This document shows, piece by piece, positions 1 through 9,693 of a DNA stretch of 64,000 nucleotides (positions are counted from its first letter, which is position 1; the number at the start of each line of letters is the position of its first letter). A program made the translations under genes and the position numbers. Source of the stretch: Myxococcota bacterium (GTDB taxonomy: Bacteria > Myxococcota_A > Polyangia > Nannocystales > Nannocystaceae); assembly GCA_039028615.1 (NCBI GenBank), contig JBCCHT010000014.1:128001-192000 (forward strand), in the 5' to 3' direction. The notes under the pieces were generated by a model. That model was not told the DNA's origin. It ran no database searches and was given only the letters and a program-made list of their open reading frames with translations.

Positions 1-248
1 TTGGTGCACAGGGTAAAGCGCTCGTCGGCGGCGTAGCGCTCGTGGAACGGGTGATCGTGGTGATCGACCCACCGGGCCAGGCGCGGACCGAGCTGCTCGA
101 TGAAGCGCCCGGTGGTCTTTTCGAAGCCGCGACCGAGCCCGACCGAAGCAAAGGCGATGTCGAGCACCACCACCCGCCCCTCCAGGGCTCCGATCCGCGG
201 CAGCTTGCGCGGGCTGGCGAAGACCAGGTTGGGCAGGGCGTCGCTCAT
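1..248 (-). CDS. Partial CDS (runs off window edge), possible DHH-like phosphoesterase
   Basis: Not in ORF track. Translates from ATG 248 as MSDALPNLVFASPRKLPRIGALEGRVVVLDIAF...RWVDHHDHPFHERY..., with VVVLD and VDHH motifs. ATGA overlap with the upstream TPR gene. Confidence 0.6.
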   Translation of the reverse strand, partial: MSDALPNLVFASPRKLPRIGALEGRVVVLDIAFASVGLGRGFEKTTGRFIEQLGPRLARWVDHHDHPFHERYAADERFTLCT

Positions 249-553
249 GACAGCTCCGCTCGGGCGGCCGACAGCTCGCCCAGTGCGTGGTCGTCCCCGG
301 CCGCCTCGGCGGCTCGGATGCCCGCGTCGAGCACTCCCGCCGCGGCCTCTCGCTCGCCCATCTCGACGAGCAGGTTGCCGAACATCAAGTAGCTCGGCAC
401 GTAGCCTGGGTGGGCCGCGATCAATCCGTCGAAGGTCGTGCGGGCCTCGTCGTGCAGCCCCTGCTTGCGCAGCTCCATGGCCAGGCCGTAGCTCGGGAAC
501 GGGTCGTCCGGGCGAGCCGCCGCCATTTGGCGAAGCAGGGGCAGGCGATCCAT
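245..553 (-). CDS. Small tetratricopeptide-repeat protein
   Basis: MDRLPLLRQMAAARPDDPFPSYGLAMELRK...HPGYVPSYLMFGNLL: TPR-like pattern. Start taken at ATG 553, 7 nt after the upstream stop. Confidence 0.8.
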   Translation of the reverse strand: MDRLPLLRQMAAARPDDPFPSYGLAMELRKQGLHDEARTTFDGLIAAHPGYVPSYLMFGNLLVEMGEREAAAGVLDAGIRAAEAAGDDHALGELSAARAELS

Positions 554-560
554 CGTCCCG

Positions 561-1112
561 CTACTCCGCCTTCGAGCCGGCTTCGCCGTGCTGCTCGATG
601 CTGGCGGCCGCGAGCGCCTTGGCATCGGCCTCGGCCATGCCCAGCGCGACCAGAACTTCGCTGGTCTGCTCGAAGACCCGAGTCTCCTGGAGGTGCCCCA
701 CCAGCAGCAGGTACGTGGCCACGTGGTGGTGCTCGTACTTGCCCAGCAGCATCTGCGCCCCTTCGCGCAGCTTCTCGGGGGGGTTGGTCTCGCAGAAGTC
801 CTCGTCGGTCTCGCCGTTGCGATGCTCGACCTCGAGGAAGTCGAGAAAATCGACGAGCATCTCTCGGTGGTGGCGCATGAGCCACTCGATGAGCAGGGCG
901 AGGGCCAGCTGCCCGTTGGCTCCCGCGAACTCCCTGTCGAAGCGCTTACGCCAGACCTTCAGTCGGGCGGCCCTGGTGTAGGCGGTCTTGGGCACGCTGC
1001 TGGAAACGCCGCCCGCCTTGAGCACGGAGCGAACCTCCTTCGCGGACAGCTCGCCGTAGTAGGCGTCGATGTGTTCGTTTCCCAGGTGCTGGCAGATCTC
1101 GATCGGCGTCAC
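561..1112 (-). CDS. Hypothetical protein (183 aa)
   Basis: Protein-like composition and GC3-rich codons; first gene of a tight three-gene run. Confidence 0.75.
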   Translation of the reverse strand: MTPIEICQHLGNEHIDAYYGELSAKEVRSVLKAGGVSSSVPKTAYTRAARLKVWRKRFDREFAGANGQLALALLIEWLMRHHREMLVDFLDFLEVEHRNGETDEDFCETNPPEKLREGAQMLLGKYEHHHVATYLLLVGHLQETRVFEQTSEVLVALGMAEADAKALAAASIEQHGEAGSKAE

Positions 1113-1258
1113 GTCGGTTCCTCAATCCTCAGTGGGCGCGGAGAGTAGCTCGGATTGCCCAGCGGGGACATCCGGCGGGGACAGACGAGACGAATCGCGG
1201 ACAATCGCCCCATAGCAGCACGCTAGAGGCCACTTGGCCCCACGGGGCGCGCGTGCGG

Positions 1259-3088
1259 CTACCGGAAGCGGACGTGAATGTGGTCCTGGTGCGGTGGCCA
1301 CGAGCCGCCGCTGCCGTACGCACCGGAGCCCGAGCCATCGCCGATGAACTTGCCCGCAGGCGCCTGAATGTCGGCCCGTGTGGCCGGCCCCGGGCCCCAG
1401 CTCGCCTTCCAGCCGGGCACCGAGCCACCGGTGCCGGCCGCCACCACCGAGTCCCATGCGGCCTGGGCCGCGGTCACGGCATCGCTGCGCAGCCGCCGGG
1501 CGCCGTGCCAGACCACCGCCGACAACAGGCCATGCGTCGCGGCGCAGTACGCCAGCATGTTGACCCAGATCGCCTTGACCCGATCGTTGTCGATGCCCGT
1601 CAGCCGAGTCATGCCCGAGGTGTTGTACGCCGGCCGGGCGGCGGTGGGATCGGGCTCGCCCATGCGGTCGAAGACCACGTTGCCCGAGCTGACCTCCGTC
1701 CAGTAGCCCCGAGCGTAGTTGCTACCGGCCGCAGGCGCCTCGACGCCGTAGATGTCGACGTCGACCCCGCGCTCGTGAGAGCCGTGATCGGTGATGTCCT
1801 CGCCCACGATGTGGCTGATGTCGCCGATGCCGACCTGCTCACCGCTGCGCTCGAGACAGAAGGCGGCCAGGCCCTGCAACCACTGGATGGTGGCTTCCTT
1901 GCCCCACTGCCGATGAAAGCTGGCCTCGAAGTAGCGGCGCTTGAACAGCCGAAAGTCGGTATTCGGGGTGGCCTCGATGGCGATGTTCTTCCAGACGTCG
2001 GTCCCGATGATGGCCTCGACCCGACGGGTGCTCTCGCGGCCGAAGTGCACCTCGCGATCGTCGTTGTTGTTGCGCAGCCCCACGAAGCTGACGCTGGCCG
2101 CGGGGGACTGGGTGGGCAGGGCCTGCACGGACGCCGACGCCCGCGCGCCCTGACTGCCGAGCGAGCGCAGGTCCTTGCCCCACAGCCCGGCCAGCTCCAC
2201 CACGCGAATGCCGGCCCGCGACAGCGAATCGAGGTGCCCGGCGTCTCCGGTCGGGTGCAGGTTCTGGTGGGTGCCCACGCAGTTCGAGGGCGTGTTGCGG
2301 CACAGGCCGCTGGCGGACTGGCTCTCGCTGCTGCGCGTCCAGGTGTGACGCATCGCGTAGGTGACCGCGTCGTGCAGCATGACCTCGTCGCGATTGGTGC
2401 AGCGCAGGCGCTCGCGATCGGCCTGGATCTGCGCGTAGGTCTGACCGTCGTCGTAGGTGGCGGACGCGGTGGTGAGCACGGGAGCGTCATGCCGCGCGGG
2501 GGTGATGGGACTGTTGGGGGTCAGCCCCGCCACCGCCCGGAAGAAGCACAAGTGGTGATAGCGGGTCTGCGCCGGATCGATGCGCACGAAGTAGACGATG
2601 TGGCTGTTGAGCGTGGTGCCCGACGGCCGCAAGTGCAGCAGGATGTCGATCATCGGGTGCCCGGCCGGCGTCACCGTGGTGTAGGGCACCCGCGCGAGCA
2701 GGTAGTACTCGCCCTCGACCAGCTTGACCTCCTTGACGACCGACGGAGTCACGCTGGTGTCGACGAGCGTGAGCAGCTCGGGGTTGAAGTCGGTATGCGG
2801 GAAGCAGTGGGAACCCGGGCCGCCCGACGAGCCGCGCGCGGTGGGGCATGCCGTGCCCGCCCAGGCGGTGGCGACCTGGGCCGGATCGCTGACGGCGGTC
2901 GACAGCACCTTGACCGCGAAGCCAGGGCGCACGCCCTGGCTGTTTCGCTGCACGGTGGGGCCCGGATAGGTGTCGTAGACGCCGGCCAAGATCGACAGGT
3001 TCGTCAGCGACGAGTGGTTGATCCCGGTGGTGCGGAAGAAGCTCGTGACGAGCGCGGGGAGCTGCGGGTCGATGGAAATCTGTGACAT
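1259..3088 (-). CDS. 609-aa protein: unknown N-terminal region plus C-terminal MepA-like (LAS/M74-type) Zn peptidoglycan endopeptidase domain
   Basis: QWG...IGDISHIVGEDITDHGSHERGVDVDIY and terminal HQDHIHVRFR match the H-x6-D and HxH pattern of MepA-like peptidases. No signal peptide. Confidence 0.7.
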   Translation of the reverse strand: MSQISIDPQLPALVTSFFRTTGINHSSLTNLSILAGVYDTYPGPTVQRNSQGVRPGFAVKVLSTAVSDPAQVATAWAGTACPTARGSSGGPGSHCFPHTDFNPELLTLVDTSVTPSVVKEVKLVEGEYYLLARVPYTTVTPAGHPMIDILLHLRPSGTTLNSHIVYFVRIDPAQTRYHHLCFFRAVAGLTPNSPITPARHDAPVLTTASATYDDGQTYAQIQADRERLRCTNRDEVMLHDAVTYAMRHTWTRSSESQSASGLCRNTPSNCVGTHQNLHPTGDAGHLDSLSRAGIRVVELAGLWGKDLRSLGSQGARASASVQALPTQSPAASVSFVGLRNNNDDREVHFGRESTRRVEAIIGTDVWKNIAIEATPNTDFRLFKRRYFEASFHRQWGKEATIQWLQGLAAFCLERSGEQVGIGDISHIVGEDITDHGSHERGVDVDIYGVEAPAAGSNYARGYWTEVSSGNVVFDRMGEPDPTAARPAYNTSGMTRLTGIDNDRVKAIWVNMLAYCAATHGLLSAVVWHGARRLRSDAVTAAQAAWDSVVAAGTGGSVPGWKASWGPGPATRADIQAPAGKFIGDGSGSGAYGSGGSWPPHQDHIHVRFR

Positions 3089-3092
3089 GGCC

Positions 3093-5543
3093 TCAGGTGA
3101 AATCGGGGTGCAGCAACAACGCTTGGTTGTTCGTGGTGATCGGTCCGACTGGGGTCGCGCCGTCGCGGCGAATCCAGGTCACGGTGTAGCGGTACTCGGT
3201 GCCACCGCGGGTCTTCAGGGGCACCCGGATCTTCACCGGGTCGGGCTGCGGCGCGGTCCAGATGTGCTGAACCGGTGCCTCGAAGCCCGCCGCCGCCTCG
3301 GGGACCTCGAGCGTGAGCCGAGCGGCCACGATGCCCTCCGCCGCAAAGTCGTCCACCAACATGATCGCCTCCAGATCGAGCAGCCCCGCGAACAGATCGC
3401 CCAATAGCAGCATCCGCTGCGAGGTCTCCTTCCACTCGCCCTCGGCCACCGTACCGTCCTTGAACATGGAGGTCGCTCGGTAGTGGAAGACGGGCTCCTC
3501 CCCCGCATCGAGCCGGTTGACGCGCCAGTGGGCCCGCGGCTCGGCCGTGCTCAGCTCGAACTTCTCTTCGAGGGTGACGTCGCCTCGCTGGCACCGAAGC
3601 TCGACCATGACGCGCTCGTGGCGATCGAGCGGGTCCACCATCTGCACGTCGATGCGGGCCATCCCCGCAGGCACCCCGTTGAGGATCTCGAGGCCAGCCC
3701 CGTGCCGAGGCTGCGAGCGCACGGCGTTGCGCGTGCCGTCGGCGTAGTGCCAGGTCGTCTCCACGTGCCACTCGTCGGTGCCCTCGGGCCCCGGGCGGAT
3801 GGGCACGACGGCCGACTCGTGCTCGGCGTCGATGGTCACCGCGCGGCGCGTCTGCATGCCCGAGTCGGCCGCGACGGCGTCATAGACCACCTCGCACTCC
3901 ACCCGATCCACCAGGTCCCAGTCGACCAGGCCCACCGTGACCCGAGCCAAGAACATGGGGAAGTACTCGCGCGGGGAGACGTGGACGAAGTAGCTGCCGA
4001 GCGGGCGCCACTCCGATCGCATGGAAGTCGCAGGGTCGCCCAGCGCGACCTTCGTATCCAAGTTCAGCACCACCTGGAGCTCGACCTCCCGGCTGCGCTG
4101 GTGGTCGGTGGCAAACTCGTAGGCGCCCCCCTGCCCTTCGCCGTCGAGCACGACCTCGGTCATGTGCAGCGGCCGCGACCCGTCGGGCTGCTCGCCGTAG
4201 CGGAGCTTGGCCACCATCGACACGATGCCCAGCGGGCCGAACTCCACCGAGGTCGCCACCTCGCCGCGAACCGTGCTGAAGAACGCGTCGGCCAGGTCGA
4301 TGAACTGCACCAGGCCTTCGGTGTCCGTGTCCCGCGTCAGCAGAGCCAGCGTGCCCTGCGGGGCGATGCTGCGGAGCACGGCCGAGGCCTGCTTGGTCTC
4401 GTAGGTCACCCGTCGCAGCTCGCTCTGATCGAGCTGCCGCAGCAGGTAGCCGGCTTGGGGCCGCCCCGCCTGGTTCCAGCGCTCGACCGCCGTCAGCGGC
4501 CGCTCCCCCGCCGCTGGAGCCGGCTCGGGCTCGGAGGCGGGTGCCGGTTGCGGGGCAGCCACCGCCACCCCGCCCAGCCCACCGCTGGCCTCCGAGGTCC
4601 CGCTGAGCACGGCGTCGGACGTATCGGCCATGACCGCGGCCGTCAGCGGCGAGGTGAAGCCTGCCGTGTTCTCGGTGGCCTCTTCGGTGGGATCGTAGAC
4701 CGTCAACGTCCCCCGATCGGCGGCGATGGCCTCGCCCGGCTTGAGGCTCGGCGAGAACATCGAGCCCGACGCCAGGTCCCGCGCCAGCTGCTCGAGCCGC
4801 GTGCGCTCGGTGGCCTGGTCCTCGGGGCTCATGCCCACGAAGTCCTCCTGCTCGATCACGATGGCCTCCTCGCGCATCAACGACTCGAACTCGCGATCGA
4901 GATCGGCCTTGAACACCAGCGTGTTGGAGGTGAAGCGGTTTCGCAGGTGGCGATAGGTCTGCTCGAAATCGATGGTGATGTTGGCCCGGTACGCGGGCAT
5001 CATGCCGCGGAACTGGAGATCGTAGACCACGGAGACCGGGGTGGCTCCACTCTTGGTCAGTGCCGCCGACATCAGGCTCGCCCCCGCCATGCTCAGCTGC
5101 ATGGAGAAGGTGGCCCGGTTGTCCCCGTACAGCGCGGGGCGAGAGGAGCCGATGATCTTCTCGACGAAGCGGCCCGTGTTCGCGCCGTCGGCGTCTCCGC
5201 CGCTCTGCTCCCCCAGCGTCACGATGCGCACGCTGCCGTTTTCCAGCGGCAGCGGGGCGAGGATGACGTCGGCGGCCCCGCCCGTGGACAGCTCGTCCCG
5301 GATGCGCTGCTTGGTCTCCTCGGGCACCCCCAAGTCGACGGTGAGGTCCAAGAAGCCGCCGCCCGAAGCCCGCGACCCCGCCACCAGGGCATCGCGATAG
5401 ACGATGAGCTTGAGCGCCAGGCGGCCGCCCTCGTCACGGGCGATGCGAGGGGCGGCCGGGCAATAGTAGTAGCGCCGAGGATCACCGTGATCGCGGTACA
5501 AGAGCACGCGGTGAAGCTCTCGGGGTTCGTCGAGAGAAAGCAT
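3093..5543 (-). CDS. Large hypothetical protein (~816 aa), C-terminal half probably repeated beta-sandwich domains
   Basis: Long coding-like ORF, start placed at MLSLDEPREL (track ORF extends to 5663). Motifs YYYCPAAPRIA, GGGFLDLTVDLGVP, PALYGDNRATFS. Beta-strand-like C-terminal segments. Confidence 0.75.
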   Translation of the reverse strand: MLSLDEPRELHRVLLYRDHGDPRRYYYCPAAPRIARDEGGRLALKLIVYRDALVAGSRASGGGFLDLTVDLGVPEETKQRIRDELSTGGAADVILAPLPLENGSVRIVTLGEQSGGDADGANTGRFVEKIIGSSRPALYGDNRATFSMQLSMAGASLMSAALTKSGATPVSVVYDLQFRGMMPAYRANITIDFEQTYRHLRNRFTSNTLVFKADLDREFESLMREEAIVIEQEDFVGMSPEDQATERTRLEQLARDLASGSMFSPSLKPGEAIAADRGTLTVYDPTEEATENTAGFTSPLTAAVMADTSDAVLSGTSEASGGLGGVAVAAPQPAPASEPEPAPAAGERPLTAVERWNQAGRPQAGYLLRQLDQSELRRVTYETKQASAVLRSIAPQGTLALLTRDTDTEGLVQFIDLADAFFSTVRGEVATSVEFGPLGIVSMVAKLRYGEQPDGSRPLHMTEVVLDGEGQGGAYEFATDHQRSREVELQVVLNLDTKVALGDPATSMRSEWRPLGSYFVHVSPREYFPMFLARVTVGLVDWDLVDRVECEVVYDAVAADSGMQTRRAVTIDAEHESAVVPIRPGPEGTDEWHVETTWHYADGTRNAVRSQPRHGAGLEILNGVPAGMARIDVQMVDPLDRHERVMVELRCQRGDVTLEEKFELSTAEPRAHWRVNRLDAGEEPVFHYRATSMFKDGTVAEGEWKETSQRMLLLGDLFAGLLDLEAIMLVDDFAAEGIVAARLTLEVPEAAAGFEAPVQHIWTAPQPDPVKIRVPLKTRGGTEYRYTVTWIRRDGATPVGPITTNNQALLLHPDFT

Positions 5544-5758
5544 GGGGGCTCCGAGCTTTGGGCGGCAACCGAAGTCGCGCGCAGGCGGGGTAGCTTCAGG
5601 TTCGCAGGCGCATCCGTCGGACTCAAGGCCTCGGGAGGCACAGCCGCACGGAATCGCGTTCACGTGCGGCCCCGTTCGTCGCCACGGCCCCGCCGCCCGG
5701 AGAAACGCTCGGGGTCACTTCGATTTTCGGTGCGCGGGCCGTGGTGCGGCCGGCCGCC

Positions 5759-6631
5759 CTACCCGGCCGCGTTGGCGACGTACTCGGTGTACGCGACATG
5801 CAGCCGTCGCGTCATCGGGCCCGCCGTGCCGTCACCGACCTTCGTCCCGTCGAGCGTGGTCACGGGCATGATCCCGCGCACCGAGCTGGTCAGGAACACC
5901 TCGTCGGCGGCCCGCAGATCGTCGGGCATCAGCGTGGTCTCTTCCACGGGCGCGCCCGTGGTGCTCGCCAGCTCGCACACCACCTGCCGCGTGATGCCGG
6001 GCAGCAACCCCGTGCGCAGGTGCGGCGTCTGGAGCTTGCCTTCGCGCACGATGAACACGTTGCTCGTCGCCCCCTCCGAGACCGCGCCTTCGGGGTTGCA
6101 CATGATCGCGTCGTCGCCCCCGCGCGCGAACGCCTGTCGCAGGGCGAGGATGTTGGTCAGGTAGTTGCCCGACTTGATGGTCGGGTCGAGCGAGGTCCCG
6201 GCGTTCTTGGTGATCCCCACGATCACCGCCGACAAGCCCTTTTCGTACGCGTCGTCCTTGGGCAGCTCGAGCGGCTTGACCAGGATCACGAGCAGCGGGT
6301 CTTCGGACACGCGCGGATCCAGTGCCACCGGCCCCGACCCGCGCGTCACCATCATCCGCACGTAGCTCTCGGTGTTGCCGGACGCCTCATGGGTGCGCGC
6401 GATCGACTCGGAGAGCATCTGGTCGGAGAACGGAATCGCCAGGCCGATGCCGTCGCCGCTCCGCCGCAGCCGCTGCAGGTGCCGCGACAATTCCAGCGGC
6501 CTGCCCCCGGCCGTACGCATGGTCTCGTACACGCTGTCGCCGTACAAAAAGCCGCGATCGAACACGCTGATCTTGGCCTCGTGAGGGTCGAGGGGCTCGG
6601 GCTGGGTGGACAGGAAGACCTTGGTCGTCAT
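5759..6631 (-). CDS. PLP-dependent class IV aminotransferase (IlvE/Dat/PabC family)
   Basis: DRGFLYGDSVYETMR, IKSGNYL, EGATSNVF, LPGITR, ADEVFLTSS motifs. Confidence 0.93.
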   Translation of the reverse strand: MTTKVFLSTQPEPLDPHEAKISVFDRGFLYGDSVYETMRTAGGRPLELSRHLQRLRRSGDGIGLAIPFSDQMLSESIARTHEASGNTESYVRMMVTRGSGPVALDPRVSEDPLLVILVKPLELPKDDAYEKGLSAVIVGITKNAGTSLDPTIKSGNYLTNILALRQAFARGGDDAIMCNPEGAVSEGATSNVFIVREGKLQTPHLRTGLLPGITRQVVCELASTTGAPVEETTLMPDDLRAADEVFLTSSVRGIMPVTTLDGTKVGDGTAGPMTRRLHVAYTEYVANAAG

Positions 6632-6686
6632 GGCGATCGAAGCGTCCATGCTTCGGTTACCAGAGCCCGGCCCGGCAGGCCAGACC

Positions 6687-7442
6687 TCAGCCCGGCGGAC
6701 GCGGCAGACCGCGTCGCATCCACCACACCGAGCTGGCGCCCTCCAAGAAGATCTTCATGGACATCTTGCTCTGCCCGCGGACACGATCGGGGAACACGAT
6801 GGGGTGCTCGACCACCCGAAATCCCGCGACGAGGGCGCGGTATTTCATCTCGATCTGGAAGCCGTAGCCGCGGCTGCGCACCTCGTCGAGCGGCAGGGTC
6901 TCGAGCACCTCGCGACGCCAGCACACGTAGCCCGCGGTCAGGTCGCGCAGGCGGACGCCGAGCACCATGCGCGAGTAGCAAGAGCCGCCCCAGCTGATGC
7001 CGAGCCGCCACGCGCTCCAGCCCTGAATGCCGCCGCCGGGCATCCATCGCGAGCCCACCACCACGTCACCATCGGTCGTCGCCCGCTCGAGCATCGGGCC
7101 GAGGTACTGCGGATCGTGCGAGAAGTCGGCGTCCATCTCGAACACGTGGGTGTAGCCGGCGTCCTGCGCCAGCGCCCAACGGAATCCGTGCAGGTACGCC
7201 GGGCCCAGGCCCTCCTTACCCGCTCGATGCACGACGTGAATGCGAGGGTCTTCGGCCGCGCGCGCATCGGCGATGGCGCCCGTGCCGTCGGGACTCGCAT
7301 CGTCGACCACCACGATGTTGAAGCGCGGCTGAGCCTCGAGGATGACGTCGAGAATCGCGTCGAGGTTCTCGCGCTCCTCATAGGTCGGCACGATCACCAA
7401 CGGGCGAGTCGCATCGGGGGCGGATGAACCGGATTGACGCAC
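6687..7442 (-). CDS. Polyprenol/dolichol-phosphate mannose synthase-like GT2 glycosyltransferase
   Basis: IVPTYEEREN, VVDDASPDGTG, EMDADFSHDP, DLTAGY, GYGFQIEMKY, FPDRVRGQSKMS. Confidence 0.9.
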   Translation of the reverse strand: MRQSGSSAPDATRPLVIVPTYEERENLDAILDVILEAQPRFNIVVVDDASPDGTGAIADARAAEDPRIHVVHRAGKEGLGPAYLHGFRWALAQDAGYTHVFEMDADFSHDPQYLGPMLERATTDGDVVVGSRWMPGGGIQGWSAWRLGISWGGSCYSRMVLGVRLRDLTAGYVCWRREVLETLPLDEVRSRGYGFQIEMKYRALVAGFRVVEHPIVFPDRVRGQSKMSMKIFLEGASSVWWMRRGLPRPPG

Positions 7443-7548
7443 GCGGCAAGTTCCTCAGCACGGGTAATACCCGCAACGGCGGGCACTATACTAATGGCTT
7501 GCCGCTTGTCCTACATCACCCGTAATGTAGGTCCACGGAATGGGACGG

Positions 7549-8991
7549 ATGAAGACGAAATTGACCCTTGGAGGGGCCGTGGGGGCGGCACTTCTCCTGG
7601 CGAGCCCTGCCCTGCAGGCGGAGGAACCCACGCCTTCGGACGGGCTTTCACCGGTCGACCACACCGACCACCACCATCGGCCGGCCGAATACGACGACCC
7701 GGACTACGCGGTGCCGCCCGTCTCGGGCGAGGCCGCCGAGTACCCGCTGGCCGTGGGCTTCACGCCCGCGCACTCGTCGAACTTCACCAACGGGGGCATC
7801 AACTCGTACGACTACGTCGTCGTGCACACGATGCAGGGCTACTACGGGGGCAGCATCTCGTGGTTCCAGAACCCCGACGCCAACGTCTCCGCGCACTACG
7901 TGATGCGCTCGGAGGACGGCGAAGTCACCCAGATGGTGCGCAACGACGACCGCGCCTGGCACGTGGGCGGCTCCAACTCGCAGGCGCTGGGCATCGAGCA
8001 CGAGGGCTTCATCGACGATGCCAGCTGGTACACGTGGGAGACCTACCTGAGCTCGGCCCGGCTCGCCCGCTGGCTGTGCGAAGAGTTCGAGATCCCCGTC
8101 GATCGCGATCACATCGTGGGGCATGTGGAGCTGCCCGCCCAGTCGCATACCGATCCGGGGCCGCTGTGGGATTGGGACATGTACATGGCGCTCATCCGCG
8201 ATGTCGTGCCCGAGGGTGAGATTCACGGGGTCGTGGTCGACGACACCCTCGCCTGCGAGCTGACGGCCACCGAGGACACGTGGATCAAGACCACCCTCGA
8301 GAACTCGGCCGACCTCAGCGACGCCGAGCGCTGCCTGGTCCCGGCCGGCACCGTCGTTGGGGCGCTGCATCGCAGCGACGACATGATCGGCCACGCCCGA
8401 CTGCACTTCGACGCCGAGGACACGCCCTGCGACGGTGCGCTCGCGACCGAGGGCTTCGCGTTCCTCAGCCACTACGACGGGGCCTGCTCGCCCGCCGACA
8501 TGGCGGCCGTGGGGGCGTGGGTCAGCGTGGACGGTGGAGATCCGATCGACGTCGATGCCGAGGGCCGGTTCGTGGTCTCCGGGGTCGCTCCGGGCGAGCA
8601 CAGCCTCGAGATCGGCGCCGACGGGTACTCGTCCCAAAGCGGCTCGGTCGACGTGGACGTCTATCCGGGCGCCCGGGTGGTGATCTCCTTGGACCCCGTG
8701 CCGGGGGGTGCCGACAGCGAGGGCGACGGCAATCCGGACCCCGACTCGGGGACCGGCGGCGAGCCTCCGCCCGGGGGTACGGGGGGCGAAGATGGCCCAG
8801 AACCCGAGCCTACGAGCGGTGGAACGGCGGCGGACGATGACGGAGGCGGCGACGATCGGGCCCTACCGCCCGGCTTCGGCGAGGACGACGGCGAGGGCTG
8901 CGGGTGCTCCGAAAACGGCCGCCCGGCTCGTTTGGCCTGGCTGCTGCCGCTTCTCCTCGTCGGTTTGCGTCGGCGGGCTTCGCGAAAATAA
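7549..8991 (+). CDS. Secreted N-acetylmuramoyl-L-alanine amidase (Amidase_2/AmpD-like) with beta domains and MYXO-CTERM sorting tail
   Basis: Signal peptide; VVVHTMQG, SAHYV, AWHVG, GIEHEG, IVGH..HTDPG; C-terminal GCGCS...WLLPLLLVGLRRR. Confidence 0.9.
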   Translation: MKTKLTLGGAVGAALLLASPALQAEEPTPSDGLSPVDHTDHHHRPAEYDDPDYAVPPVSGEAAEYPLAVGFTPAHSSNFTNGGINSYDYVVVHTMQGYYGGSISWFQNPDANVSAHYVMRSEDGEVTQMVRNDDRAWHVGGSNSQALGIEHEGFIDDASWYTWETYLSSARLARWLCEEFEIPVDRDHIVGHVELPAQSHTDPGPLWDWDMYMALIRDVVPEGEIHGVVVDDTLACELTATEDTWIKTTLENSADLSDAERCLVPAGTVVGALHRSDDMIGHARLHFDAEDTPCDGALATEGFAFLSHYDGACSPADMAAVGAWVSVDGGDPIDVDAEGRFVVSGVAPGEHSLEIGADGYSSQSGSVDVDVYPGARVVISLDPVPGGADSEGDGNPDPDSGTGGEPPPGGTGGEDGPEPEPTSGGTAADDDGGGDDRALPPGFGEDDGEGCGCSENGRPARLAWLLPLLLVGLRRRASRK

Positions 8992-9056
8992 TCGCGCACC
9001 GGTTCTTTTCGTGCAGTCTACGTGTGCTAGCCTGCACTACACGCCCCCTCACGGAG

Positions 9057-9686
9057 TTGTACTCCACCTTGCGGAAAATTCGCTGCCATTACTCCTCCGC
9101 GGACTCCTTCACCGAGGCTGTCACCTCGGGTGAACCGAACGCGATCCAGGTGTTCACCACCGACGCATTCGAACCCGGCGAAGAGGTCCTGCTCGAGATC
9201 TACTTCCCCGAACTGCCGGGCAAGATGATGGTGCGGGCCATCGGCCAGGAGTGGCATCCCGCTCGGCCTCGCCTGCGGGTGCGCGCGGGCGGCGTGTTGC
9301 GCTGCACGGGCACGGAACAGCGAAAGCTCGCGTTCTTGGGCAGTGTGGCCAGCGGTGAGCTCAAGCTCACCGCCCGTCGCAAGCACGTGCGGCTGCCCGT
9401 GCTGGTCGAGGTCAGCTGGCGTTGCCAGGGCAGCACCGAATCCACGGTGGCCGCGCTGTCCGAAATCTCCGAGGGCGGCGCGCTGCTGCTGACCCCCGTG
9501 CCTCCGGAGGCCGGCACCGAGGTGATCGTCGAGATTACCCCGCCCGGCAGCGCTCGCGCGCTCGAGGTGCTGGCCATCGTACGCAACACGAGCAACCCCG
9601 ACGGGGTCGGTCTCGAGTTCCTGGCCCGCGACATGGGCGGCGTGCATCGGCTCCGCGAGGTCATTCGCCGGCTCGTCGAGCAATAG
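9057..9686 (+). CDS. PilZ-domain protein (tandem PilZ-like)
   Basis: RRKHVRLP (RxxxR), EISEGGALL, GVGLEF. Probable TTG start after GGAG; exact start uncertain. Confidence 0.8.
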   Translation: MYSTLRKIRCHYSSADSFTEAVTSGEPNAIQVFTTDAFEPGEEVLLEIYFPELPGKMMVRAIGQEWHPARPRLRVRAGGVLRCTGTEQRKLAFLGSVASGELKLTARRKHVRLPVLVEVSWRCQGSTESTVAALSEISEGGALLLTPVPPEAGTEVIVEITPPGSARALEVLAIVRNTSNPDGVGLEFLARDMGGVHRLREVIRRLVEQ

Positions 9687-9693
9687 CTCGCCC

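Noticed and set aside
7496..7510. TGGCTTGCCGCTTGT upstream of the amidase as a sigma54 promoter
   Set aside because: The -12 element is TTGT and the -24 match is weak; not supportable.
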